A stretch of 64,000 bases of DNA from Octopus vulgaris (taxonomy: Eukaryota), in NCBI GenBank assembly GCA_951406725.2, contig OX597820.1:61194001-61258000 (forward strand), in the 5' to 3' direction. A program made the position numbers and the translations under genes. A model generated the notes under the pieces. That model was not told where the DNA came from. It saw only the letters and a list, made by a program, of their open reading frames with translations, and searched no databases. The first letter of the stretch is position 1. The number at the start of each line of letters is the position of its first letter. Positions 49,900-64,000 of the stretch are shown here, piece after piece.

Positions 49900-52290
49900 G
49901 GAAAGGCTCAATCAACAGAAAAGCACCTCGAGTAACCCAATGTTGCAGCAAGTATCATCTGTAAAGAGAAAAATGACAGATGCACACGCATTCACCTGAA
50001 GATGGCCCAACACTACAGACGTTAGTGCAGCAGTACACACTAACATACAAGACCACAAGAAAAAATAATGATCACCACAGATATCTGTCATAATCATATC
50101 AGTTCCATAGAGGTACGTTGCAATTTATAAACAGAAAATGTTCGACCACAATATGCATGGCACTTATAGAAACGCATCCAGCAACAAACATAACACATGC
50201 GAGAAACCATATGCCAGTGTGTTATCTTTCGTACTGACAGGAAAGCGCGAAGTTATTGAATCTCTATATACATCCATGAAGATGTTACACGCTTAGTGCT
50301 ATTGTCACACTCAAACTCGGTGTTTGATACACTTATAATACATGTAATGCAACTCGATATAGTTACGTGTAAAACATCGTCTACTAGACATTTCGAATCA
50401 GGAAGGGATCCTCATAATAACTACATTCGATCAGCATATTATTATTGTATTTCAACCTCCCTCAGTTCAAAAGGCTCGAGAGCTACATTCTTTCAGAAAT
50501 GTTTTTGCATTAATGAAGACAAACAGGGTCGTCTGTACTTGACTTCGCTAAAATGCTACTCATAGAACAAATAATATTTTACCGAATCATTGGCAACAAT
50601 ACGCAAGGGCAAGAAAAATTACGGAATTCATCCAAAATATAAAGGTAACGCCGATGGATTTCACTGATCATAACAAAATTAAGGATGTAAAGTTCAAAAG
50701 GAACTGTAGCTAGGCACCTTACAAGAGTATTCAAACTCTATTCGACTTGTAATCCCACAATGTTCACTGGAAAACATTAAAAACAAATTCAAACAAAACA
50801 GACTCCAAAGTTTTACTATAAACGACAATGACACGAAATTAAAGCGATTTTTATTTATAACGCAAGTTATAAGTTATTTATAATGCAAGAAATGGCTTCT
50901 CTCAGAAAAATATAATTCCCGTGGGAAAAAAATCCGAGGAGGCAAAGATCAATGATCTCAAATCATTTTGAGGAAAAACTCAAAGAGAGCGAATATTTTC
51001 ATTTAAAAAAAGGATAATTTCAGAAATAAAATATTCCCATAAAGATGGAAGAGCAGAAAGGATTTGGATAACATAAATCGAACTCTAAACGCGTATATTC
51101 GCATCAGATCCAGCTTCAGTGCATTACAAAAAATTCATTGTTCCGAGGAGATATTCCCTTGTTGGGGGAAAATAAAAAAAAAACTGACTGAACGATTCAA
51201 ATGTGTTTTCACCACCCCAGTGGGATACACACAAATATATACGTCGGTTAAGTTCGTCAATATTGCAATATTGCTTACATATGAAAGTGGCAATCATCGA
51301 TTATATCGATGTAAAGGGAGATGTAATATCAGTTACAGATAAAGTGAACCCAAACTCAATGAATGGCCCTAAAAGAGTTTCCAGAAATTCTCTTGAAGAC
51401 CTACAAAATTGTTCTCGCAAAACTACTCCAGATACTTGCGGAAGTTTCCTTGCATTTGTTAAGTTCTCAAAAAGCCGGAATAAGTCGTAGCATGTCCGAT
51501 CAATAAAGGAAGCAGTAGAGTAGATGCTAAAAAATACAAGCATATTTTTCTGACTTCACGTATCAGCAAAATCATGGAACAAATTAAACAAATTATCAAA
51601 AGGGAAATTGGTCATATTCTTATATGAAAATTACTTATTAGCTGACAATCAACACGGTTTCTGTCCAAGAAGAAACTGCTTCCCACAGCTTATACAACAT
51701 TACGACTTGATGGTAATGCTGTATAAGCATTAACTACTCAAAAAGACAAATGTGGATATGGTATATCTTGACTTTACAAAAACATTCGACAAATTTGGTC
51801 ATGAAATGTTTACAAACCACTTGATCACATCATAGTTGGAAAGCTAGATAAGTAGGTAGATGACATTTTAAAGGACGGGAGTCAAGCTGTAGAAATCAAC
51901 TGTGTCCTTTCTGTGTGTAGCTCCATCTTGAATTATTATTGTTATAATGGTTCTCGCAGATATTCCTTCAGTTATATCAATAACTTTTCTCATTAGCTAA
52001 GCTAATGACATGAAAATATCACAGATAAGCAAGAGCCCATTCATACCAAAAACCTCCAAAAATCTCTATGCAATATAAAGGCGGGCTGGGCTGGAGAAAA
52101 CAGTATACGACTTCAAATAGGAAAATTTCAATCGTTTCGTTACCAACCCGTTAACGCCTTACAATTAGGATACAGAAAATACTGCAATCTCAGAGATGCT
52201 ATCAGCGCGTGAACAGAGGATCAAAATGAGTAATGAGGCATCATTTCGGGCATGCACTACTGAAATATAGCAATGCACAGACTAGAGAGA
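49900..52290 (+). mobile_element. Old, heavily degraded CR1/L2-group LINE ORF2 (RT region)
   Basis: Recoverable RT motifs PINKGSSRVDAKKYKHIFLTSRISKIMEQI, LLADNQHGFCPRRNCFPQL, VDMVYLDFTKTFDK, with many stops. 5' boundary uncertain. Confidence 0.8.
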
Positions 52291-52888
52291 TACAGAGTGA
52301 AATCATTTATAATCATATATAATCATTTATGTGTCTATGTGAGCGGGAACTGGAGTTAGTACGTGTATTGTATATTTACTGTATTTATTTGTATATATAT
52401 GCGTATGTGCAACCATATGCGGATCTGTGTGCCAACAAGCACACGAACACACACATACACACACAATAAAATCAATGAGCTGACCAAAGTGCCACGCAGT
52501 GGGACTGAACCCGGAACCATGTGGTTGGTAAGCAAGCTACTTACCACACAGCTACTCCTGCGCTTAAACACTAGAAAAAAACTCCTTCCAAAAGAAAGGT
52601 TAGTGACTGCCTCATAAAAAATTTGATAACATTTTTTTTTAAATCACCTTCAAAAACTGTATTAAATAAATCTCAGACTTTCAAATATATTTATTCTTTT
52701 ATTTGTTTGAGTCATTTGACTGCGGCTATGCTGGAGCACTGCCTTTAGTCGAGCAAATCGATCCCGAGACTTATTCTTTGTAAGCCTAGTACTTATTCTA
52801 TCAGTCTCTTTTTACTGAACCGCTAAGTTACGGGGACGTAAACACACCAGCATCGGTTGTCAAGCGATAGTGGGGGAGAAACACGCAC

Positions 52889-52952
<64 letters not shown>

Positions 52953-53130
52953 GACGGGCTTCTTTCAGCTTCCGTCTACCAAATCCGCTAACAAGGCTTT
53001 GGTCGGCCCGTCTTCTACTATAGGTAGATATTTGCCCAAGATGTCACGCAGTGGGACTGAACCCGGAACTATGTGGTGAGTAAGGAAGCTACTTAGCAGA
53101 CAGCCACTCCTGACCCTATACAGACAGTCT

Positions 53131-53206
<76 letters not shown>

Positions 53207-53209
53207 TCT

Positions 53210-53685
53210 TAGTTAAAGGAACAGTACTGAAAGTGATAGACAAGTTTGTCTACCTAGCGGTTCTTGCTCCTTAGGTGATAAAATATCTTTAATGCTTCAG
53301 AAAGTAACTGATGCCTTCAGGCCCCTTGAGTCTCGTCTCTGGTCCCAACATGGCATCACAAGGCGAACAAAAGCGGCTGTGAACAGTGCGTGTGCGCTGA
53401 CGTCGCTCCTTTACACTTGTAACATATGAACCCTTTATAAGCATCATGTAAGGGTCCTTGAACGCTTCCATCAGAGATGTCTGAGACATTATGAATGTTG
53501 TCTTGTCCTTCTGGACTCCAAACACAGAGGCCTTGAAGAGGAACCTACATCTTGAGCATTGAGTTGATGGTGCACAAGCACCATTTATATTGGACTGAAC
53601 ACTTTGTTCAGATGAATGATACGACGACCCCTAAACAGATACTATGAGGTGAACTTGTTTGTGGAAAACGCCCCCAACAGAAACA
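53210..53685 (+). mobile_element. RTE (BovB-like) LINE fragment
   Basis: LKVIDKFVYL, ACALTSLLY, LERFHQRCLRH, PKQIL*GELVCGKRPQQK, with frameshifts. Confidence 0.8.
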
Positions 53686-53767
53686 TGCATACATACGTAC
53701 TTACATATCTATATAGACTCACATATATGTGAATAAGTAGGCATGTGTGCGTATGTGTGCGCCTTTA

Positions 53768-53974
53768 CAGTAATCCCTCGCCATATTGCGGTTCACCTAT
53801 CGCGCACTCAGTTCATCGCGGATTTTTCTTGCTAATATATGTAAATTTATATTGCAGATTCCTCAGTATATCCGGTTTTCTGCGGCCGTTAGATATTTAT
53901 ATTGTTTTCAGAAATCCAATTATTTCTATGTGAGGTTTTGGGACTTAACATCCGCGATAGTCGAGGGATTACTG
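53768..53974. mobile_element. Tigger-like MITE
   Basis: TIRs CAGTAATCCCTCG / CGAGGGATTACTG. Longer relatives split by SINE/LINE insertions at about 16517-17173 and 42709-44441. Confidence 0.8.
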
Positions 53975-54087
53975 CATATACTCTTTCGCTCTGCGTGTTT
54001 GTGACCGCTCCAGTTGTTTTACTTTGGCAATCCTTTCCTGTAATACAAATAAGTCATTTCATTTACAGACCCGTATTTTTCAAGTTT

Positions 54088-54433
54088 TATTGCCTCCACC
54101 TTCGCTAAGGCGGAGGTATTGTTTTTCAGTGGTGTTTGTTTGTCCGTGGACAAGATACCTCAAGAACCGCTGAATGGATTCGGATGAAACTTTCAAGGAT
54201 GTTTGGCCTTGTGACTGGCACAAACTGATTAGATTTGGGGATCGATCCGGTACTGGACAAGTATTCTGGATTATTTTTCCGGTTTTCGGTCGGGTTCATT
54301 TTTAGTATTCTCGTTTGTGAGAGCAATCGAGTTTTTTTCGGATATTCTCATATTAAAAATCATCTCTGGCTAATCGTTGGGAGGACGTTAATGTTGCCTT
54401 GGCGGGAGTTTGTGTTCTTTGAGTGCTCTTGTT
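54088..54433 (+). mobile_element. Helentron-associated non-autonomous element (HINE/DINE-like)
   Basis: 5' TTATTGCCTCCACCTT..AAGGCGGAGGTA subterminal IR, (GTTT/GTCC) microsatellite, 3' CCTTGGCGGGAG plus short hairpin and T-rich end. Confidence 0.7.
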
Positions 54434-55178
54434 TTATTTATTTTATTTAATTTTCCAACGTGTTAGTTTAATATGAATTGTATTTTGGAAACCCTGGCGA
54501 TAGGAATTTGACCATATTAGTTAAAGCGTATGTTGTAGACAACAATCTGAACCAGGACATCTTGGCATTAACACCCTAAAATTGAAAACCAGGAACCATA
54601 GGAAATCAATCAAGATGAGCCTCTATATGGTCGCTCGACATGCAACAAATAACAACCGAGTATCCCTCAAATTATTCGCTAATATCATATGAAAAGTCAC
54701 TATATCCAGCGTAATCTCTTTACTGTTCCTTTTTGCATTACTACCTTTGAAGGCAGCCTTCCAGATATCTTTGGATTTTAGATAGATCCAAACAGTAACG
54801 ACGATCAATAATTATCTACAAATGTGCAGTTAAAAAATAGCATCAAGAAAGAACTGTTTCGAGGTAAGAATGAAAGTGATAAGATGGAAGGGTAAAGGAG
54901 TGAGGCTGGAGAAAGAACTTATGATTACAGCTAGTCGAAGGATAAACGATTCATGGGCACTTCGCCCATTGTACCGCTGACATAAGTCCTTAAATCTCCA
55001 CACTCCAACAATATACATACACACACGCACGCATGCACACACACACACACACACGCATATACACACGCTCCGTTATATTGACATACAACTTGTGTAGCTA
55101 CAGATTTGTTATCGTAATGACATTGATGAAGATGCTTCTGTAGCATTTGGTGCTGATGGGGGTTATCTTAGTATTGAT

Positions 55179-55271
<93 letters not shown>

Positions 55272-55306
55272 TGGCCTAAGAAAATACACACACATACACA
55301 CATAGG

Positions 55307-55357
<51 letters not shown>

Positions 55358-55464
55358 CATATCTATATATATCTATATATATATACATATATATATGTAT
55401 ACATACATATATATAGAGAGAGAGAAAATATATATATATATATTTATATATATATATATATAGA

Positions 55465-56955
55465 ACGAGGAAAGTCAGTCCCCCAAACCCAAAACCTGTG
55501 CATCAACGGTCTCTCTATCTCCCCCATTCCACACAAAGAATGTAACAAGTACCTTGGCATAAACGGAAATGTATCATGTGAAGGCACTGTGAATAAAGAT
55601 AGAGGGACCCGAGAATACTACACCAGACTTTGGAAAATATGGCAGTTGGAACTTTCCTTTTACAACAAAGCAATATCCCACAATGCATTTGCAGTACCAG
55701 TGCTGATCCCAACATTTCGGATACTTGACTGGTCTGTAGAGGAAATCCACTCGATAGATATCAAAACCCGCAAATACTGACAACAACTGGGAACTTCCAC
55801 AGAAACAGTGATGTTGACAGGCTCTACCTAAGAAGAAATGAAGGTGGTAGAGGCCTGAGATCAGTGCAGACGACATTCGAACACCGTATGATATCACTTA
55901 GGCAGCACCTGCTAAACAACAGCAGCAAAAATAAATATATTAATGCAGTCCTGAAAAGTGAAGTGAGCAACATTGTACGAGTCGACAGTGAACTCCTCAA
56001 GAAACAGTCTCTTCCTGATGATCTCCTATACAACCACAAAACAGCTGGGCTCTCTAACCTCAGAGAAGACCTGGATGGAAAGCACTCAGCATACAAAACC
56101 AAAAAGACCATGCATGGGTATGTTGCCCGGAAGCTTGAAGAAGACAGTAGAACTGACAGAAGGAGCAGCTTCTCTTGGACACAAGACCACTACATCACAT
56201 CACACTTTGAAGGCTATGCGTTTGCAATCCAGGAACAGGAGATTTCCACAAAGTACCTGGTGAACAAGAGAGACAGTGACGCTCTTGTAATCCCAAGGTG
56301 CAACTGCATGTGTAGGCTATGTCTTGTTTCTGTGGAAAACATCACGCATGTGATTAGCAGCTGTCCTAAAATGTCGTCGCGGTACTACCCACCTATGCCG
56401 CACGATGTTGTGGCTAAAACAATTTACAATGCCATCCGCAAAGAGGAATGTCCTGAAATAAACATAGAAAATCCCTCTTACATTCATAAACACCAACTCA
56501 AGGAATACTGATGGAATATTCCCATCAAAACTTCAGTCAAATGTAAGCATAACATGCCGGATATTGTTGTTTGGGACAGAGAGGCAAAGGTATGTTCCAT
56601 CATAAAGGTTAGCTACCCCGCAGATACAAATATCCCTATGAAAATGAAAGAAAAAGAGGATATCTATGGACAACTGCTTCGAAACCTCCAGTTTCTATAT
56701 CCAGACTATGAATTCATATTCATACCAATAATAATTGGAGCACTCGGTTTTGTTAACAAATGCTAAGGAAAATCTAAATAAACTGGGATTTTCAGAAAGA
56801 GAAATTGACCGGCTGATTTGTACAGTACAAATCCAGTCTGTGAGTGGAACAGTAAAAATATGCAAGACTTTCTCAAGTTCCAAATGTGAATTTGTCTGTG
56901 TTAACTACATACATACATACATACATATACATACATACATACATACATACATACA
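55465..56955 (+). mobile_element. R4/Dong-like restriction-like-endonuclease non-LTR retrotransposon, 5'-truncated 3' part
   Basis: RLYLRRNEGGRGL motif, CCHC knuckle CRLC..ENITHVISSC, HD, and PDIVVWD..PAD..KEKEDIY (RLE). Several stops. Followed by (TACA)n. Confidence 0.88.
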
Positions 56956-57556
56956 TAAGTGCAAATTGCATGTATACTTCGAGTCTTGTTTCTACGTTAA
57001 AAATCATCTTCCTTCATTTTCTTTTATTTGTATCTTGCTTCAGTCATAGGACTGCGGCCATGCTGGGGCACCAGTTTATAAGGTTTAGTCGAAAGCGATC
57101 CAGTACTTATTATTTGTAAATCTGGTACTTATTCTATCGGTATCTTTTGCTAAACCGCTAAATTACAGCAACATAAACAAACTAACACTGATTGTGGGAT
57201 AAACACACACACACAGAAAGACACGCTTCCACGCAGTTTCTATCTACGAAATTCATTCGCAAGGCATTAGTCGACCCGGTGTTATAATAGAAAACACTTG
57301 CCCCAGTAACGTGCAGTGGGACTGTACCCGAAACCACGTGACTGTTGAGCGAGTTCCACAACACACAGCCATGTCTGTGATTAAGAAATTTGGGTTAAAA
57401 AAAAACACTTACCTACAAATAGGCATATATACAAAAGCTTTGAGATAGTAAAAAAAAAAAACTATATCAAATGCGATGTATATGAAAGTTTATTTTATTT
57501 ATTTATTTATTGTATTTTTATTTATTTTGTGGGGAAACGTTATATATACCAGAAGC

Positions 57557-57597
<41 letters not shown>

Positions 57598-57600
<3 letters not shown>

Positions 57601-57902
57601 CGTGATCACCGTGACCGACCAGGCTATCAGATGTTGCTACACATCGCTGGTCACAATGCGCTTTGCCTTGTTTTAGCCTTCGATAGACGCCACCCCGCTG
57701 GCTAAGCGAGCAGGCCAACAGAAGACAGAGTGAGAGAAAGTTGTGGCGAAAGAGTAACAGCAGGGATCGCCACCACCTCCTGCCGGAGCCTCGTGGACCT
57801 TTTAAGTGTTTTCGCTCAATAAACACTCACAATGTCCGGTCTGGGACTCGAAACCGCGATCCTACAACCGCGAGTCCGCTGCCCTAACCACTGGGCCATT
57901 GC
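57598..57902 (-). mobile_element. SINE with the same tRNA head but a different 3' half
   Basis: Head matches the 33708 copy up to ccacaactttctctcactc. It then diverges and ends in (CACGGTGAT)-like repeats. Confidence 0.75.
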
Positions 57903-57903
57903 A

Positions 57904-58008
<105 letters not shown>

Positions 58009-58092
58009 TATAATATATATATAAAAACTTATATATATATATATATACATATATATAAATATCATATACATATATATATACATATATATATC

Positions 58093-58208
<116 letters not shown>

Positions 58209-58220
58209 CGCATATATATA

Positions 58221-58313
<93 letters not shown>

Positions 58314-59486
58314 GAGAATGGTGGGTTGGTGCATGTGTGAGGAACGTTTGTATCAAATAAAGGTACAACGGTCCAGCAGTGATCTCTTGTATAGCTATTT
58401 GTATAATGTTGACATCGAAAACAGGAGATCGTGACGTTTATGGTCAGGTGACATTGAATCTGCAGAGGTATTATTCTCAATGGGAAATATTTGCTTGTGA
58501 TTTTAGTACTATTGAAAACAGAAAGCGTAAAACTACTGTATACCAGATTTTGCGTTCTCAATAAAACACACATATATGCATGTAAACATACATACATACA
58601 TACATACATACATACATACATACATACATACATACATACATACATACATACAAGTGGCGTATAGTGGTTGTTGCATTGGGCGTGCTGCCACACCCAATGC
58701 CACCAAATATCAAGCAGGGTTATAACAAAAGTTTTCCATTAAGATTTGTTATTAAATTAACGAGCAAGGTTAATATTCATAATGAATCTATCTTTACGCT
58801 CTGAGTTCAAAATCCGCCGAGGAGGACATTGCCTTTCATCCTCTCGAGGCCGATAAATCAGGTACTAGTTGCGTACTGGGGTCGATCTAATCGATTGGCT
58901 CCCTCCCCAAAAATTTCGGGCCTTATGCCCAGGGGCGAAAAGAATATTTACAATGAATTTGCCAATTTTGGTGGTGTGCGCTGCACACCCTTCACACCGG
59001 AATATATGCTCCTGATACATACATACATACATACATACATACATACATACATACATACATACATACATACATACATGCATTATATAATACGTAGTCAGAG
59101 ATACCCTCTAGGATGCTCGGCTTGCTAGAAGAAATAGTGAAATCTCCTTTAAATCATAGCTTACTGATTTTAAAAGAACATATTAGCTAACGTCGCCCAG
59201 GATATACAATGCATGGAAAAAGATGAGGTGGTCACAACAGGATTGCTTTTGACCATAGGTCTGTTCAGTCAGGGTACCTGGTCTAAACAGCAACACACAT
59301 ATTTTATAATTTTCAGTATCTGAAAATATACTCATTTGTGTATAACACACACAGCACTGAACGTTTACATGCATATGTATATACCACACAAACACATAAC
59401 ATACATAGACACACACACACATACATTCAATGAATGAATGCATGGATAAATAAATGAATGAATGAATGCATATATAAAAAAAAATA

Positions 59487-59943
<457 letters not shown>

Positions 59944-60052
59944 GTACGAAAAATGGAAGGAATCCGTCATAAAAAAAAAACAATCAGTAACCTGACTGAA
60001 TGCTCATTAAATACTTTTTAAAAAAATAGAATGAAGTTAAAAGCTTACTAAC

Positions 60053-60731
60053 TTTGTATTTTTCGTTTGGCAGCACTTTTCGATGGCCAAATTCTTGATT
60101 CTTCTTCATCCTGAGCTCGAATCATATCTTCACTTCTATCCACAAGTCTGCTGATATCCTTATCTTTGGTATCGTCTGTATTAAATTCCTTGGTTTTAAT
60201 CTGATCGATTTCTACCGATGGAGTCGAATGTGAAGAAGATCTATGCAGAACATCTGGTTGCAATGTGCTGACACCCGATGGTAATAAAAGAGCAAGAAAA
60301 CTAAACAGAAGTCCAATTCCTATGGAATGTTTAATATTGTTATAAATAATGTCTGGCAAGTTTGTTGTACATCGTTTCCATCTTTTTCTCATTATCGCTT
60401 TTCTTTGGCAACAAACATTGGCAGAAAACGAACTTTGAAAACGATTTTCATTTAGTCCATTGCAACATGTAACGTACATGTTTAAAATTGAGGTCTTAAG
60501 TTCGAAGTCGGAATATAAAAAGTGATTAGTAGATATTTCCTTACGGTATACACATTTTGTTTTATAGAAATAACAGCTGTTAAAGGTTTTGTGGAGATCA
60601 GTATTCGAGTGATAACTAGTTTTAAACTTGCAACAAATCTCATCTGTAGTTAAAAATAAATCATAACAACACGATCTTCCAACGGCTGTATTACTGTCTC
60701 TTGTTTTCAACTTATCATATCTATCATACAT
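60053..60731 (-). CDS. First coding exon of a putative secreted or membrane-anchored sushi-domain protein
   Basis: 227-codon non-repetitive ORF in AT-rich DNA. Hydrophobic segment IGIGLLFSFLALLLPSGVS, then an acidic linker and basic KRK. Ends at a donor cluster CAAA|GTTAGTAAGC (phase-1 GT at 60052/60051; alternative phase-2 GTAAGC at 60048). Second possible start ATG at 60392. Confidence 0.7.
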
Positions 60732-61574
60732 GGTATCACAGTTGTAGAGAATTAGCCAAGTTTGCCCGTTTGTATGTACATATATATATAACTAATAAGC
60801 TTCAGTTCAAATTAGAAAAGTCGGCTGCTTTTAAAAGGACTTCGCTATGCTGCCTGCTAAGACAGGCTGGACGCCTCTACTGATTTAAGTTAGCTCACCT
60901 GTCGCACAGTGTCAATGAAATGTCATTGTAGTCACCTGCCCCGTCCTACCAGAGCACGGTACAGAACACAAAGTCACATTGTGAGTGGGTATGCTAGTTG
61001 TATTAGTAGCTTTGTCAATTTGTAATTTTCGGCAATCTATTTAGTAAATTGGAGGGGGAAAAAAAATACTATACTTACAGCATTTTAAATTAGTAAAATG
61101 TATAAACTGATAAATTTCGAAAAACAGAATTTGTACATTGTGATATAATTAATTTTTGTCATATGCTGATATATATTCCACCCCACCACTTTTATTTTTT
61201 TATATTTTTTTTTTTTTGAGATTGTCTAATAAATATAATTTCAGTTGCAACAAATAAATTGAACACAAAAGTTTGATAATAAAAATAATACAGGATGAAA
61301 TGATAATTGAACAGCAAACACATTAAATTGATGAAGTCGATTCAAATTTCGCCTTTCAAATTTTGTGAAATATGTAAAAAAAAGAAAAAAGATAAGAAAA
61401 AGGTGGGAAAAGAAAAGAAAAATGTACTAAATCATATGTAATGATATCAAAGGATTTTTTTCTCAATATTTTCGGTATTACTTTAAATGGCTTTGCAACT
61501 GTTGCAAAATCAGATTTTTCCCTATATAACATAAAAAATTACAAGAACTAATAGAAAACTGCTCGACAGACGCT

Positions 61575-61756
61575 TTTTCTACCATACATTACCATACACA
61601 CACATATATTATACACACACACACACACACACACACACATTCACAACCTCTAACTTTCTTGGAGTTATATATATATATATATATATACATATATATATTA
61701 TACATACAATATATATATATTTCTACCATACATTACCATACACACACATATATTAT

Positions 61757-61787
<31 letters not shown>

Positions 61788-61860
61788 CACGACCTCTAAT
61801 TTTCTTGGAGTTATATATATATATGTATATATATATATTATAAATACAAATATATATATA
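61575..61860. repeat. Two-copy tandem duplication (~145-bp unit)
   Basis: tttctaccatacattaccatacacacacatatattat..acattcac.acctctaa.tttcttggagttatatat repeated at about 61575 and 61720. Confidence 0.85.
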
Positions 61861-62186
61861 TTATACATACAAATATATATATATATATATATATACATAC
61901 AAAAAATACGTACAAAAATATATCCACACATGTACCTATGCAGACATATGTATATCATAAAACTTAGATAAAACTTAGATATGTTTCGACCAGAGATTGG
62001 TCCAGGCCATGTCTAACTTAATAGCACCACCTGATAGGATTATTCGAAAGTGTTTACAGTCAAGTTTTGTTCAAGTAGTGAGTTCTTGTTGGGTGAGTTG
62101 TATCACACACAACGCTTATCTGGTATTCTTTGAAACCGCGAATCTACGACCGCAGAGTTCTGTTTGAAGTTGACTGGGCCATTGCC

Positions 62187-62226
<40 letters not shown>

Positions 62227-62239
62227 GGGCAGGGCCTGT

Positions 62240-62282
<43 letters not shown>

Positions 62283-64000
62283 GATATATTGACATTTGGC
62301 AGGGGACGTATAGCCCGTGGTCCAAAAATCTCGGATGAACCTTGACTAATGTTTAGGTCGTTTGGGCAAAGTTGGCGGTATATTTTCCGCAGTCATACAT
62401 ACACATACACACATGCATACACACATAAATATATATACATACATACATACATACATACATACATACATACATAAATACATACATACACACAATACATACA
62501 TACATGTGTATATTGTGTGTTTGTGTGTATGCGCGTGCGTGTGTCTAGAGATGCAAACCGAAGATTGGGCTTCACAACCATTTTACAAGTTTTTCTTCAT
62601 CTTCTCCATGCAAGGAACGGCTTGCGATGCTTGCGGTTATCATGTGTTCGTTCGGATCTGAAAAAGTATGTAATGGAGCCGTGGAGAAATTTATCTTCAT
62701 TTCACATCTGATTGTATAAATGGGAATATTCTGTTATTTCGCTTAGGCATGGCGATACTAATAATAAACTGGTGTTAGTTCTCAGTATGAATGAGAATAT
62801 ATTTTCCAATGCATCCTTTCTTTCATTATTACAGTAAAGTCTGATTTGAAGGAAACTTCGTTGTTATGTCTAGCAGATCACGTACCGGTGCACGGGCGTG
62901 CTGTCGGTCGTTCGATGCGAACTTCAGTGTTAACGTGGAGTCCAAGCTCAGTCGTAGAAGAACGTCTGTGAAAGATAGCTGCAACAATCTCCGACTGTAT
63001 TGCTCAATATAGCCTTTATTTAAGAATGGCATTTGTGAAGATTTTGGTGGCTGCTTTTAGCAGGTTCGGCGACTGCTGAATGGTTGATAAATCTGATGAT
63101 GAAAGTTCGGTGTAAAAAGAGCGTTTGCAAAAAACATCCATAATATTCCTATTCTATTATTTATTCAATTATATAGATTTCAGGCACATACTCTTTCTCT
63201 TTACTATTTTACTTGTTTCAGTCATTTGACTGCGGCCATGCTGGAGCACCGCCTTTAGTCGAGCAAACCGACCCCAGGACTTATTCTTTGTAAGCCTAGT
63301 ACTTATTCTATCGGCTTCTTTTGCTGAACCGTTAAGTTACGGGGACGTAAACACACCAACATCGGTTGTCAAGCGATGGTGGGGGGACAAACACACACAC
63401 ACACACACACATATATATAAACGACGGGCTTCTTTCAGTTTCCGTCTACCAAATCCACTCACAAGGCTTTGGTCGGCCCGAGGCTATAGTAGAAGACACT
63501 TGCCCAAGATGCCATGCAGGGGAACTGAACCATGTGGTTGGTAAGCAAGCTACTTACCACGTACAGAAAAGGTGTAAAATTATATATAAACAACGAACCT
63601 TATTATATTGGGAATTACCATTTAATTTGGAATACGATTTTCTCTAGTTTTGCCTCACCAAAGCATTTTCATAAGTTTATCTTAAACGTCCATGTTTATT
63701 TTCAGACTTCCAGTTTATCATTTCATGCATTCTGAGTAATGTAAAGTTTCCCTTTCATAATTCCCAAGTTTCTTTAGTAGTTATGAAAATTTCGAATGTA
63801 TAACACATATGATGCATGTACGCCAAGGAGAAGTCCTATGTATCACATGTTATACTCAGTACAGGCAATGGATTAACGTATTTTGTTTGGTTAAATATTC
63901 TATTTGATTAAATACCAGTTAAATATTCTCATTTTAATGACAATAAATATATATGCCAACAAATGTTGAAGCCGTTTGCCGAGAATCGCAATGTCTCGGT

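Noticed and set aside
58320-58507. Minus-strand acceptor followed by an open Cys-containing frame
   Set aside because: No plausible donor; the frame runs into (TA)n and shows no domain pattern.

Overview
AT-rich, microsatellite-dense eukaryotic DNA. The repeat content (tRNA-derived SINEs with internal microsatellites, CR1/RTE/R4-type LINE remnants, Penelope remnants, mariner elements, MITEs) looks like an octopus genome; this is inferred from recall, not database-confirmed. Nearly all ORFs in the track are microsatellite or SINE artefacts. One likely host gene runs on the minus strand. It has a long first coding exon (60053-60731; Cys-Cys-rich N-terminus and a hydrophobic signal/anchor segment), a clean phase 1-1 sushi/CCP exon (17648-17845) after a ~42 kb interval, and a possible terminal exon (4085-4254). 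The intervening DNA holds at least 7 hammerhead-ribozyme motifs, several tied to Penelope-like remnants. It also holds a GC-rich element with hammerhead motifs in permuted order (41462-41574), an oligo(A)-tailed copy of the 28S rRNA 3' end inside an RTE fragment, SINE/LINE shared tails and a SINE array built at one recurring target site. Repeat boundaries are approximate (read by eye).
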